64,000 bases of DNA, taken from the NCBI GenBank assembly GCA_038046805.1, contig JBBSVO010000006.1, forward strand, positions 103,314 to 167,313, written 5' to 3'. The stretch is from Candidatus Micrarchaeota archaeon. Lineage in GTDB: Archaea > Micrarchaeota > Micrarchaeia > Anstonellales > Bilamarchaeaceae. Below are positions 47,501 to 56,047 of the stretch, one piece after another; the first letter of the stretch is position 1, and each line of letters starts with the position of its first letter. The position numbers and the translations under genes are program-made. Under the pieces are notes generated by a model, which worked only from the letters and a program-made list of their open reading frames with translations, was not told where the DNA came from and did no database searches.

Positions 47501-48433
47501 ATTCTTCAGGAATGGGAGAACAGAAAAGTAATGGGGCTTGGAAAAGAAGGTGCAGTTTCAAAGCTCACGGAAATCCTGAATTACGCAAATGAAAATTTCA
47601 TGGCAGAAAAGCCGCCGAAAGGGTACAGCAGGAGCGGAAAGATTTACCCATACCTAAAGAGCCGTGCAACAAAGAAGGTTGCATCGGAAGTTAATCCGGT
47701 TGATGGAAAGCTCGGGCCGATTACGCTTATGGCATGGATGTTCGTGATGACCGAACCATCTCTGGCAAGGGGGCCGGATAAGGACCCAAGAAAGAATCGC
47801 TTGGAAGCCGAACCTCTCCATGTCGCAGATGTAGCGGTTTTTAAGGAAAAGAGAGATGTAACTACCAAACGAGGGGAAGGATCAACTTATGAATTGAATC
47901 TCCATTTCTTCTCTAAAGGAGGCGATAAGCTTACCGAAGCAGCATATCTCAAATCCCAGGGCCTTACTCGCGATCAAGCACTTTTTATGTATTATGGGCT
48001 GATGCTTGCACGTGATACGATCCCAGGTACAGATGGAAATATGGGTTGGTTCATCATTAATCCGAATAGGAAGGAAAGGCAGGATAAAAATATATTCTAC
48101 ACTGGCTTTTTGGATATGGACCGTGGCAAAATATTCCCAGTAACCTATGAGAAGGATACAGCAATTATTGGGGATAGCCCTATACTTGAAAATGTTCAAT
48201 TTATGACACACATTGATAAAGACAAAAAAGAGATCCACCCCTGGGTTGTTCCTGAAAAACAACCTTGGGAAATGGATCCAGCAGTTGTAAGTAGGTTGTA
48301 TTCTGTCCAGTCAAATAACAACACATTTTTCCTTCCCAATTACGGAACACCATCAAGACCAGATAAAAACGGAAATATTTACCCGGGTTCGTTTATTATT
48401 GGGAATGGTACGATAAAAGATTTGACGAAGTGA
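44600..48433 (+). CDS. Giant ORFan protein (1277 aa from the ATG), no signal peptide
   Basis: Uninterrupted ORF with internal ~65-75-aa helical repeats and Pro/Ala-rich spacers (PPAATERPPATTAQAPAEKP; APPTPAPAAPIVAPAV). No catalytic motif recognised. Confidence 0.7.
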   Translation: MPNPKQIVLHVNSGKSSLVDMHEWMRATIKKDTTDEQLNIPATKPDVYDSVFIGFIYKNPRDNDEIWARVYTPIYDKKNAFTGNFLVTEARLSDLIGDKKKIDAIEGAILNLPSRSIGEFRMLKELVSPQHSLNDDGYDSGTGYRFSYGKSVGRDKIVFPMGRELKHVNVAAQEPVDVTVSRAGVAAPISRIAFDGEMWTAKKAVKEIIEAPATDLSKVNPNDQIGFGKWLNGQMKEKFSNFDFSKLSKDDQKELVKHVSNLISNRLLASLAKAEPPAATERPPATTAQAPAEKPKRELSERELDNLLDELEAPDALKKAIPKPSGSPRIAENVELARRESAAKEARLSKVSEPVQAPVFPTEQELNADIRQFVNSLDSTNLATWGEASDVVDHILEQRKITVPLNFALREGLELYASNEITAHTQDVSPAVMYELEDLKNEVTKVVNRVKFDKSGQGASPSKVINEVLRQKNLGKDFVSQNDMKELSSFAASELVRRLNEVVVTTTNPERLKPEVMNLIKGDLQMFISTGNYSEISGATPDSVVRLILTRSMRHLVKTTGGITGADIKELETYVQPQLIARRAELVKLAAEAQSRSRAEIAPAVSTSRTESSLPPTIPPSEVSAQREAERQRQLAAEAERRRTLAPPTPAPAAPIVAPAVSTPIVSLSRKAVSVQDVAKSFTGSYTPGQLIELNRTFAEAPEARKYTSAYHVVYQKQSDDGSMLLFVKAHGGARIYRYDIPAGFFDPSSVTISSAVLQNLKSAGASNSEADAIAMIMTKSFVSNIVTGEVQSFVYANGGMSNTNYLSLGKSRDEYRIPKGTRFSRLITPLDFVKDFSAEDKRKYLAEPTENPDDYEVLGTMIAGTRAMIFKEHKSAMESAISSYLEGNPEPFAKLLLSYAMEGQATSAVHIQVLSVYLMYRLQQEGLMDFTGIYAKLNGKTIKPLKDAEDILKRARTKSGAQEVFAILQEWENRKVMGLGKEGAVSKLTEILNYANENFMAEKPPKGYSRSGKIYPYLKSRATKKVASEVNPVDGKLGPITLMAWMFVMTEPSLARGPDKDPRKNRLEAEPLHVADVAVFKEKRDVTTKRGEGSTYELNLHFFSKGGDKLTEAAYLKSQGLTRDQALFMYYGLMLARDTIPGTDGNMGWFIINPNRKERQDKNIFYTGFLDMDRGKIFPVTYEKDTAIIGDSPILENVQFMTHIDKDKKEIHPWVVPEKQPWEMDPAVVSRLYSVQSNNNTFFLPNYGTPSRPDKNGNIYPGSFIIGNGTIKDLTK

Positions 48434-48437
48434 TACT

Positions 48438-50075
48438 ATGCCTGAACCAAAATTTAAACAAAGAGATGATCTTGCTTCTGTACAGTTAGAGTTGGCGAAT
48501 GCGTTAAGGCCACTTCTGGAATACAAATCTCTTTCTGCCAGGGAGCTTGGAAGACAGCTTACTATCCTTAGCGAAGTTGTTAAGCGCATGTCCACTTCAG
48601 GTAACCTTGATGAGAACAGTGCGAGTTTCATTGGAAAGACATTACGTCCGATTATAAGCGATTCAAACGTCAGTGAAAATACCCGTGCATATGCACGGTC
48701 TATTTTAATTCCGCTTTCCAGGCCAACACCTGCTGGTGCAAGGGAAGGCGCTGCGGCTGCAGGAGGAGTGGTTAGCGAACTTGATCCATATCGTTACTCT
48801 CTTTTGACCGGGACAGATGCAGCTGCTCAATTTGGAAGAGATTTAGAAAAGATACTCCATTATGAACCAATTATTCAGGGTGCAATAAAACCAACTACTG
48901 ATAAGGGAACCTCATTTACTTTGGCTCCAATCGTTCCTGCAGAGCTTGGAGGGTATTTTGGTTATAATCTGATTAGCGACAAAGGAGACATCGAGACCGC
49001 ACAAAAACTTAGTAATGCTGTTTTAAGGGTTCAAGCCGGACTCGCCGGTCCACGAGAGACTGTGTGGCTGGCAAATCAATTCGCCGGGTCAGATCAGCTA
49101 AAAAAAGAACTTGGGGCAGATACCTTTTCTAAATTTGTTTCTGAACTCAAAAAAGGAAATGTTGATGAGGCGATGAAACTGCTTCCAGAAGGCAATGCAA
49201 TGAAACAATATCTTGGTAAGGTAAAAGAACAAGGCGTTTCTATCGAGGAAAGGTCGGATCGCGAGAGCATTACCTTATATCGTTGGGGCGCAGGAATAAT
49301 CCTCAAATTTGATGAGCAGGAGTACAAACTTTGGCGCAAATTAAATACCCGTACAGAGAGCAATCCTCTTTATGTTGTTATTTTGGCAGTAGGTGTTGGT
49401 TATTCAGATTCAATGTTAAAGTACAATATGGTGAAGACTGAGAGAAGGCCTGGAAAAGAGCCGGTAGTCACCACTACAAAAAAGTCAAAAGAACTGACAG
49501 ACGCATGGTATGAAAAGGGAACACTGGATGTTGCTGGTGCGGTTGGAGTCGGAGCCGTAGCTTCAGTCCTTAAGGTTCATGTGGATGCATATGAGCAGTC
49601 TATTTCCATTACACCTCTCGCACAGTATACTGCTGGTGGTGCGGGTCTTATCGGAGTTCCTTATTTGTTAGACTTTAGGGAAATTAAATTTAAGCGTGGA
49701 ACTACCGGAGAAAAGGATTTTTGGGACATTGAATTAAGAGGGGGTAAAGAGCTAGGGCCAGTTGGAAAAGTTCCGCTGGCAAGGTTACTTTCAGTTGATC
49801 TCGAAGCTGGCTGGGGGATGCTTCAGAACGGAATTGACGGAAAAGTTACTTTATTGGCACGCCCGGGAGAGAGAGTCTGTATTTCCATTTCAGGCAAATT
49901 GGGCAGAGACGATATACGAAAATCTTTCTATGGTGGCGCTGCAGGAGTAAGATTTCCAATCTATGGGCCGTTTGAGGGAGAATTAAGCGGTTTTGTAACT
50001 CAATTTCCATCACCCAAATCCAAAAATCCGTATCTTGAAGCTGGTGGCTGGGCTAACTTAGTTGTTCGTTTCTAA
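48438..50075 (+). CDS. ORFan protein (545 aa) with beta-strand-rich C-terminal half ending in Phe
   Basis: Starts 4 nt after the stop of the giant gene. The C-terminal ~270 aa show alternating hydrophobic/Gly-rich segments and end ...YLEAGGWANLVVRF. Confidence 0.7.
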   Translation: MPEPKFKQRDDLASVQLELANALRPLLEYKSLSARELGRQLTILSEVVKRMSTSGNLDENSASFIGKTLRPIISDSNVSENTRAYARSILIPLSRPTPAGAREGAAAAGGVVSELDPYRYSLLTGTDAAAQFGRDLEKILHYEPIIQGAIKPTTDKGTSFTLAPIVPAELGGYFGYNLISDKGDIETAQKLSNAVLRVQAGLAGPRETVWLANQFAGSDQLKKELGADTFSKFVSELKKGNVDEAMKLLPEGNAMKQYLGKVKEQGVSIEERSDRESITLYRWGAGIILKFDEQEYKLWRKLNTRTESNPLYVVILAVGVGYSDSMLKYNMVKTERRPGKEPVVTTTKKSKELTDAWYEKGTLDVAGAVGVGAVASVLKVHVDAYEQSISITPLAQYTAGGAGLIGVPYLLDFREIKFKRGTTGEKDFWDIELRGGKELGPVGKVPLARLLSVDLEAGWGMLQNGIDGKVTLLARPGERVCISISGKLGRDDIRKSFYGGAAGVRFPIYGPFEGELSGFVTQFPSPKSKNPYLEAGGWANLVVRF

Positions 50076-50111
50076 GGGCGCAAATCCGAGTGTTCAATCA
50101 ACTGACAATAT

Positions 50112-50135
50112 TCATGAACGGTTCGCCGTTCATGA
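50112..50135 (+). terminator. UUCG-loop hairpin after the 545-aa gene
   Basis: TCATGAACGG-TTCG-CCGTTCATGA, followed by a second hairpin GAGACAG.../...TTGTCTC. Confidence 0.5.
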
Positions 50136-50183
50136 CATCGATTGAGACAGGATAACATTCTTGTCTCAGGATAACTGATCTAT

Positions 50184-53100
50184 ATGGTTTCATATGTCGC
50201 TGGAACGTGGCGCTTCGTTCTACCTCTACTGCTACTTATTGCCTTTTTTCCCCTCAGCTCTTTTGGCGTAGATAAGACTTATTCCTCTTATACTTTCTAT
50301 AATTCTCCAGGAGTAACTGATGTTTATCTGAAAACAGATATAGGTATTTCCAACAATGTCGAGGTTACGTCATTAGGCCTTCAGCTCCCATCTGGAGAAT
50401 ATTGTCCTGGGAAATTTTATGTTTCACCAAAGGTAAATATAAACTGGCCGAAAGACAAATCCAATTTTTATGTGGTTTCATATTATCCTCTTGGTAATAC
50501 CGAATCCTGTTGGCCGCTTACTGGTTCGAGTAGTAAAACCCAATGTCCTTATCTCCCAATTTCGTACAGTACTATAAACGAGAATAAAAATGCGGAATTT
50601 TTAAGCGATTCATCTTACGCGAGTGTTTTGTCTCTTGGTTTTTATCTTTCTTCATCATCAAATGTTTTGACGGATTTCTATGACCAAAAAATTGCAAAAT
50701 ACTTTGTTGAGGCAACAACAGGAAAGATATATGAAAACAAAAAAGGCGGAGTCAATCTCTTCTGCAAAGGCGCGTCATCAATTGTTGTTGATGGCGCCAC
50801 GATGACGACACAGTCTTTGGCCAGTACTTCATCGCAGAGCATTGCACTTGGAGAAGGGGCTCACTCTGTCTCATCCAAATTATCTGGTCTTGAATGTGTC
50901 GGTGCAGTAAAAAAGTATCCGGATGATGATAAATTTTTCAGAGTATATCTGTTTAAAGAGAATCCATGGGTTCCGAGTTTGAGTGACACCACTGCGTCAC
51001 TGTCGGTAACTGTTCTAAATACGCAATTTTCCGCAACAGCTACAAAATCCTATCCAACTACTTCAAATATTCTTATTTCGCCAGGGGGGACAACCAATGT
51101 ATATATCCTGGTTAAAAATACGGGCGATGTTCCAGTAAAGGCATCAAGCATAATGCTTGGTGCGTCGAGCCCTGGTTTTACTATTGGTCCAGGACCTGTC
51201 AGTGCGGTAAATCCGTTCAATCCATTCGGTTCTCCAATCCAGAACAGCTATAACAAGGAAATCGCCCCGGGTGAGGAGGGAACAGTTATCCTAACAATTA
51301 CTGCGCCAAATACGATTCCAGATAATGCAAAAGTTAATTTCAAACTCAAGGTTTCTGCAACTGAAAAAACCTGCGTTGGAAAAGATACCTACGAAACAGT
51401 TGACTTGTCATTTGACTATCAGATAACCCCGTTGAATCAGGCGGATAACTGCAAATTCGATCCTACTTCAAAAACAATAAACAAGGATGCAACGGATTAT
51501 TTCACTCTTTCCTGTACTGATCAAAACAATGCTCCCATTGCATGTCCGAAAGACATTTCCGTGACTGCTGATCCAAGCGATATTGTAAGCCTTTTATTAT
51601 ACGAGCCGACAACCGGAACAACCATTGTAAAAGCTCTTGATTCCGGAAGCGGTGCCGTTGTCGCAATAAATTCATTCCCGTTCTTCATCTGTTATGCTAA
51701 TGTTACTGTGCCCAAGGTTGATGTTCCTCCGCCACAGAAAAAGAAAGACTGCGTGCTTGCACCATCCACCCAAACAATAAACGGAACAGGAAATTCCGCG
51801 GAATACACTCTCACGTGTCTTCAGGATGCAGTTGCAGTTCCATGTCCGAACAGCAACGAAATTACAGTCACTACAAGCAGTCTTGTTTCTTTTGACAGCT
51901 ATTCCAAATTAGGTTCTGGTCAGGCAAAAATACAGGTTACTTCCAAATCAGAAGGCAGCGGTTCAATCGCAGTAAGCGACAAAAAAGGAATGGTTTGCAG
52001 TGCAGATGTTGTTGTTGAAAAGCCAACTCAGCCTCCTCCACCCGTAGAGCCTGTAAAGACCTGTGCAATTTCTCCTTCACCCCAGACAGTTGAGGGCCTT
52101 GGAAAAAACATGGAATTCACAATGCTTTGTTATTCTGACGGAAATCCGACTTTGTGCGAATCTACTGCATCTGCAGCAGGCCTTACGGTTACAAATGGCG
52201 TTGGAACAATCAGTAGCTATTCTGTTAAAGGAAAATCATCCACACTTATCAATGTCACAAGTACTGCGCTTGGAAATGGAAAGCTTCAGGTTTCAACAAG
52301 CAAATCAGGGCCCCCATTGTGCGAGGCAGACATTACTGTAAAATCTCCGCCAACACCTCCGCCAAATCAAACTCCTACAGTTTATTCCTGCGATGTTACT
52401 CCGGATAATCCTCTTGTAACTCAGAACAAACCACAGACATTTTTAGTAGAATGCTTCAACAACAGCAAATCAATTCCATGCACTGATGTTTCCTGGGGAG
52501 CCGTACCTGCTCTTGAAGCAAAGGCAAATCTGTTACTCAATAATATGGCTATTTTCACTATTTCCGGGCAACCAGGAACTCTTGGTGCCGTATCCGCGCT
52601 TCCATTTAATCAGGCAACAATCTGTTCCACAAACGTGGTTATAGCCGCAGAGGTGCCACCTCCACCGGCAAACGAGACGCCGGTAACGCCACAAATTGAT
52701 TCCTGTGCAATTTCCCCGGATTCCCAATCAATAGAAGGCCAAGGCGTTTATACATCCTATTCGCTTGTGTGTTATGCAAACAAAACAGTTACTACCTGTC
52801 CTGAATTTTCCGGCATGGGTATTTCCATTCCTAATGGTGTTGGTTCTGTAGAGAAATATGAGGTATCAAAGCAAATTGCAACTATTGATGTCCTCACCCA
52901 ATCATTTGGTATAGGAACCCTTTCGGTTTCATCAAAGAATAAATCTTTTTCATGCAGTGCCGCACTTGAAGTTACTGAACCAGCACAACCAACAGTGCGG
53001 AACACGTGTGCAATCGCTCCGTCCGGGGTTACCGTTACCCAAAACGCGTCCACTAGTTTCTCTGTTGCGTGCATGACAAATTTTGCACCTGCGCCCTGTT

Positions 53101-54128
53101 TTAATATAACCTGGACCGCAAGGAGCATCGATGCCAAACTAATCTCCTTTGGTCACCAATTTGCGATATTTAATTTCACTTCTCCACCGGGAACTTTGGG
53201 CGAGGTTGATGTAAATTGGAACAATGATGCACTATGTACTGCCGCGGTTCTCGTGGATACGCCCGTGCTTCCACCAGGAAACTTAACCAACCTCACAAAC
53301 CTAACCAACCTAACTAATTTGACTAATTTAACCAACTTGACAAATCTAACCAACCTTACGAACTTAACCAACCTCACAAACCTAACCAATCTGACTAATC
53401 TAACCAACTTGACAAACCTAACCAATCTTACCAATATTACTAACCTGACTAACATAACCAACGGAACCACGGGGTTCAGGGAATTTTGCAGGATTACCGC
53501 ACCGTTTTTGGTTGTGCCTAACGTCAGTTTTGACATGGATTTGAATTGTTACGATGAAATCGGGCTTCCGGTATCATGCGACAATGTTGCATGGGGCACA
53601 AGCCTTCCAGGCGGTCTTTATGTGTGGGATGCACAGGAGGACCGCGGTGCGTTAATGACTGTAAATTACGGGGGCAACATTACCTTTTCAGTATCCGCGG
53701 ATGTAAACAAGTTGTTTCCGTATTCATGTTCCGCGAACATTACTCTTGTCGGTTCAGGTGCAAACATAACCAATCTGACAAATCTTACAAACGCAACCGA
53801 ATTCTTTGAAGCATGCGCCTTGAAGCCATATTTCTGGCTTGCAAAACCAGGTGAGCAACGCGATTTTGACCTGTCATGTATTTTGGATATTAAGAATGGA
53901 ACAACTGAGGACTGCTCTAATGTAAACTGGGATGTTTCAACAACTGATTTCAGCATTACCGAGCACGCCATCAATGAGTCAAAGGCGATAGTTACATCCG
54001 CTCCGCTCGTTGGAGGAAACTACACGACAATCCTTTCAGTTACCGCAACCGGAACAAAAACAGGGAAGAAATACAAATGCACTGCGGACCTGATGCTTGG
54101 CGGAATGTTCTGCCATGATTACGTTTAA
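50184..54128 (+). CDS. Secreted giant surface protein: signal peptide, CARDB-like region, eight 4-Cys Ig-like modules, poly-sequon linker
   Basis: 1314 aa. N-terminal WRFVLPLLLLIAFFPLSSFG signal. Eight ~90-aa modules each with four conserved Cys, joined by Pro-rich linkers. Many N-x-S/T sites. Confidence 0.8.
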   Translation: MVSYVAGTWRFVLPLLLLIAFFPLSSFGVDKTYSSYTFYNSPGVTDVYLKTDIGISNNVEVTSLGLQLPSGEYCPGKFYVSPKVNINWPKDKSNFYVVSYYPLGNTESCWPLTGSSSKTQCPYLPISYSTINENKNAEFLSDSSYASVLSLGFYLSSSSNVLTDFYDQKIAKYFVEATTGKIYENKKGGVNLFCKGASSIVVDGATMTTQSLASTSSQSIALGEGAHSVSSKLSGLECVGAVKKYPDDDKFFRVYLFKENPWVPSLSDTTASLSVTVLNTQFSATATKSYPTTSNILISPGGTTNVYILVKNTGDVPVKASSIMLGASSPGFTIGPGPVSAVNPFNPFGSPIQNSYNKEIAPGEEGTVILTITAPNTIPDNAKVNFKLKVSATEKTCVGKDTYETVDLSFDYQITPLNQADNCKFDPTSKTINKDATDYFTLSCTDQNNAPIACPKDISVTADPSDIVSLLLYEPTTGTTIVKALDSGSGAVVAINSFPFFICYANVTVPKVDVPPPQKKKDCVLAPSTQTINGTGNSAEYTLTCLQDAVAVPCPNSNEITVTTSSLVSFDSYSKLGSGQAKIQVTSKSEGSGSIAVSDKKGMVCSADVVVEKPTQPPPPVEPVKTCAISPSPQTVEGLGKNMEFTMLCYSDGNPTLCESTASAAGLTVTNGVGTISSYSVKGKSSTLINVTSTALGNGKLQVSTSKSGPPLCEADITVKSPPTPPPNQTPTVYSCDVTPDNPLVTQNKPQTFLVECFNNSKSIPCTDVSWGAVPALEAKANLLLNNMAIFTISGQPGTLGAVSALPFNQATICSTNVVIAAEVPPPPANETPVTPQIDSCAISPDSQSIEGQGVYTSYSLVCYANKTVTTCPEFSGMGISIPNGVGSVEKYEVSKQIATIDVLTQSFGIGTLSVSSKNKSFSCSAALEVTEPAQPTVRNTCAIAPSGVTVTQNASTSFSVACMTNFAPAPCFNITWTARSIDAKLISFGHQFAIFNFTSPPGTLGEVDVNWNNDALCTAAVLVDTPVLPPGNLTNLTNLTNLTNLTNLTNLTNLTNLTNLTNLTNLTNLTNLTNLTNLTNLTNITNLTNITNGTTGFREFCRITAPFLVVPNVSFDMDLNCYDEIGLPVSCDNVAWGTSLPGGLYVWDAQEDRGALMTVNYGGNITFSVSADVNKLFPYSCSANITLVGSGANITNLTNLTNATEFFEACALKPYFWLAKPGEQRDFDLSCILDIKNGTTEDCSNVNWDVSTTDFSITEHAINESKAIVTSAPLVGGNYTTILSVTATGTKTGKKYKCTADLMLGGMFCHDYV
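53280..53468 (+). repeat. 21 tandem 9-bp codon-triplet repeats encoding N-X-T sequons
   Basis: (AAY YTN ACN) x17, then NIT, NLT, NIT, NGT. Sequons 1-3 and 10-12 are nucleotide-identical, indicating an 81-bp higher-order duplication. A 4-sequon run lies at 53763-53798. Confidence 0.95.
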
Positions 54129-54514
54129 ATGGCATTATCTATTATCTCCTTAATCCCAATATCCACTTCTTCAATATCTGTTTTTTCTATTCCTTTGAAA
54201 AAAGAACCCATCGCCAGTGGTTTCATAGAGGAAATTATCGTTTTCCCATCAGTCTCAAAAACCGAAATTCTGCACGGCATGCAAATGGAGATGAACGGAT
54301 TTTTCGTCAATACCATATCCGCGTTTTTCGCAGAGCAGAATTCGATTATCTTCATATTGCCGTGCGAAAATCCCTTTGCCGCGAGCCTTTCCCGGATATC
54401 GTAAACCGCGAATATCGCCCAGCTCTTTTTTTCAATATTTTTCATTACGGAAACGACCGCATCATCAAATAGTTTTTCCGTGATTTTTGAGAATATAAAA
54501 TCTGTTTCATCCAT
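54125..54514 (-). CDS. DUF302 domain protein
   Basis: 129 aa. Pattern FAVYDIRERLAAKGF...IIEFCSAKNA...CMPCRISVFE is typical of DUF302. Confidence 0.7.
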   Translation of the reverse strand: MDETDFIFSKITEKLFDDAVVSVMKNIEKKSWAIFAVYDIRERLAAKGFSHGNMKIIEFCSAKNADMVLTKNPFISICMPCRISVFETDGKTIISSMKPLAMGSFFKGIEKTDIEEVDIGIKEIIDNAI

Positions 54515-54553
54515 TCATCTCACCGTCCATACGTTCTGGTATGAATATCCTGT

Positions 54554-56047
54554 TTATATTATCCCGTGCGTCTCGGTCAATCTCGGAACAATAATCTCAT
54601 ATTTCCGCTCAATTTCATCCTTGAATTCCGAGCTTTTCTCTCCATGCACAAGGAAAATCCGCTTAAGCCTTTTTATTCCCTTGACAAACCGGACAAGGTC
54701 GTCGTGGTCTGCATGCCCTGAGATGCGAACTTCAGCAACTTTCATGTTTATCTCAATCTCTTTTTCTCCCTGGCCTCGGAATTCGTCTTCCTCGTCAGGT
54801 TCTGGTTTAATGCCGCCCACGTTCGTTTTTGATGCTTCTTTCTCTCCATGTCTTCTTCTTTCCCTGCCCCTGCCAAGCCGCATTCTTTTCTGGCCATTGA
54901 GAAGCGCCCTTCCGCGCGTTCCCTCTGCCTGATATCCGACAAATATCAACTTGTTTTTAGGGTTTCCTGCTAATTTCTCTATGTAAAATAATGCCGGACC
55001 GCCGCTGAGCATACCTGAGGTAGTGACTATTATCGCCGGCTCTGCCAATACGTCCTCCCGTTCCTTTGATTTCGGGTGGAAAAAGAACGGGCTGTTGAAC
55101 GGGTCGTCTTCGCTCATCAGGATTCTTTTCTTTATGTCATCATTGGCGTAGTACGCGTTGTGCCTGTATATTCGCATTGCCTTTCCGATCATCCCATCAA
55201 TGTATATTTTTGTTTTTCCGAGCGCTCCAGAGCGCATGTAATCGTCTAATAAAAGCAAAATCTCCTGCGCCCTTCCAACTGCGAACGAAGGAACTATCAC
55301 GTGCCCGCCTTCATTCAGCGTTTTGTTTATCTCCCCAACAAGCTTTTTCGCGGATTCCTTCATGGTTGGCAAAACATCATGTTTTCCGGCATATGTGGTT
55401 TCCATAATCAGGGTTTCCGCACTTAATCCCTGCTCACACCCATCCAGTATTCTGGTATTGCGCGTGCAAATATCTCCGGTATAAAGTATTCCGCCTTTTT
55501 CGTTTATTCTGACCATTGCACTTCCTAGTATGTGCCCTGCATTATGTAATGTAAATTCAAATGGTCCTTGCGTAGGCTCATGATACTCAACCATGTTCAT
55601 CTGCTGAAGCGCATTATCCACGTCCTGTTGTTTGAATAATTTTTCCTTTTGTATTCTGCGATAATCTGATAACAGAACTCCGGCAAGGTCTCGCGTTGGT
55701 TTTGTTGCGTATACTGTTGGTTTTGCCTTGGCAGCGTAAATATGCGGGAGATATCCAGAATGGTCCAGATGTGCGTGGGTTATCACGATTCCCTGAATGT
55801 TTTTTATGTCATTATCTGAAAGCGCAGGGTATTGGGTCACTTCTCCAAGTTTTATTCCGCAGTCAAGCAGCATGCTTTTGGGTTTGCCCCTTCCTCCGTG
55901 GCCGTGAGCCTGTCCGGTTTCCTCCAGCAATATCGCGCTTCTTCCGACTTCTTCAGCTCCGCCGTAAAATGTTGCCCTTATGATCTCACCATTCAAACCA
56001 TCCCCAACTTTATTTTTGCTTCTTCGCTCATTAAGTCTGGCGTCCAT
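54554..56047 (-). CDS. Metallo-beta-lactamase/beta-CASP ribonuclease (aCPSF2/RNase J-like)
   Basis: 497 aa. HAHLDHSG motif, beta-CASP region, C-terminal SGHADHDDL. Carries a ~40-aa charged low-complexity insert. The start is uncertain (ATG at 56047 overlaps the upstream gene by 55 nt; an alternative TTG lies at 55996). Confidence 0.8.
   Translation of the reverse strand: MDARLNERRSKNKVGDGLNGEIIRATFYGGAEEVGRSAILLEETGQAHGHGGRGKPKSMLLDCGIKLGEVTQYPALSDNDIKNIQGIVITHAHLDHSGYLPHIYAAKAKPTVYATKPTRDLAGVLLSDYRRIQKEKLFKQQDVDNALQQMNMVEYHEPTQGPFEFTLHNAGHILGSAMVRINEKGGILYTGDICTRNTRILDGCEQGLSAETLIMETTYAGKHDVLPTMKESAKKLVGEINKTLNEGGHVIVPSFAVGRAQEILLLLDDYMRSGALGKTKIYIDGMIGKAMRIYRHNAYYANDDIKKRILMSEDDPFNSPFFFHPKSKEREDVLAEPAIIVTTSGMLSGGPALFYIEKLAGNPKNKLIFVGYQAEGTRGRALLNGQKRMRLGRGRERRRHGEKEASKTNVGGIKPEPDEEDEFRGQGEKEIEINMKVAEVRISGHADHDDLVRFVKGIKRLKRIFLVHGEKSSEFKDEIERKYEIIVPRLTETHGII

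Noticed and set aside
53153-53536. 127-aa minus-strand ORF with VRLVRFVKLVRLV repeats
   Set aside because: It is the mirror image of the NLT codon repeat in the surface-protein gene, so it is an antisense artefact.
44600-54128. Diversity-generating retroelement or toxin-delivery (polymorphic toxin) locus
   Set aside because: No reverse transcriptase, no template/variable repeat pair, and no recognisable toxin or immunity domain could be found by eye.
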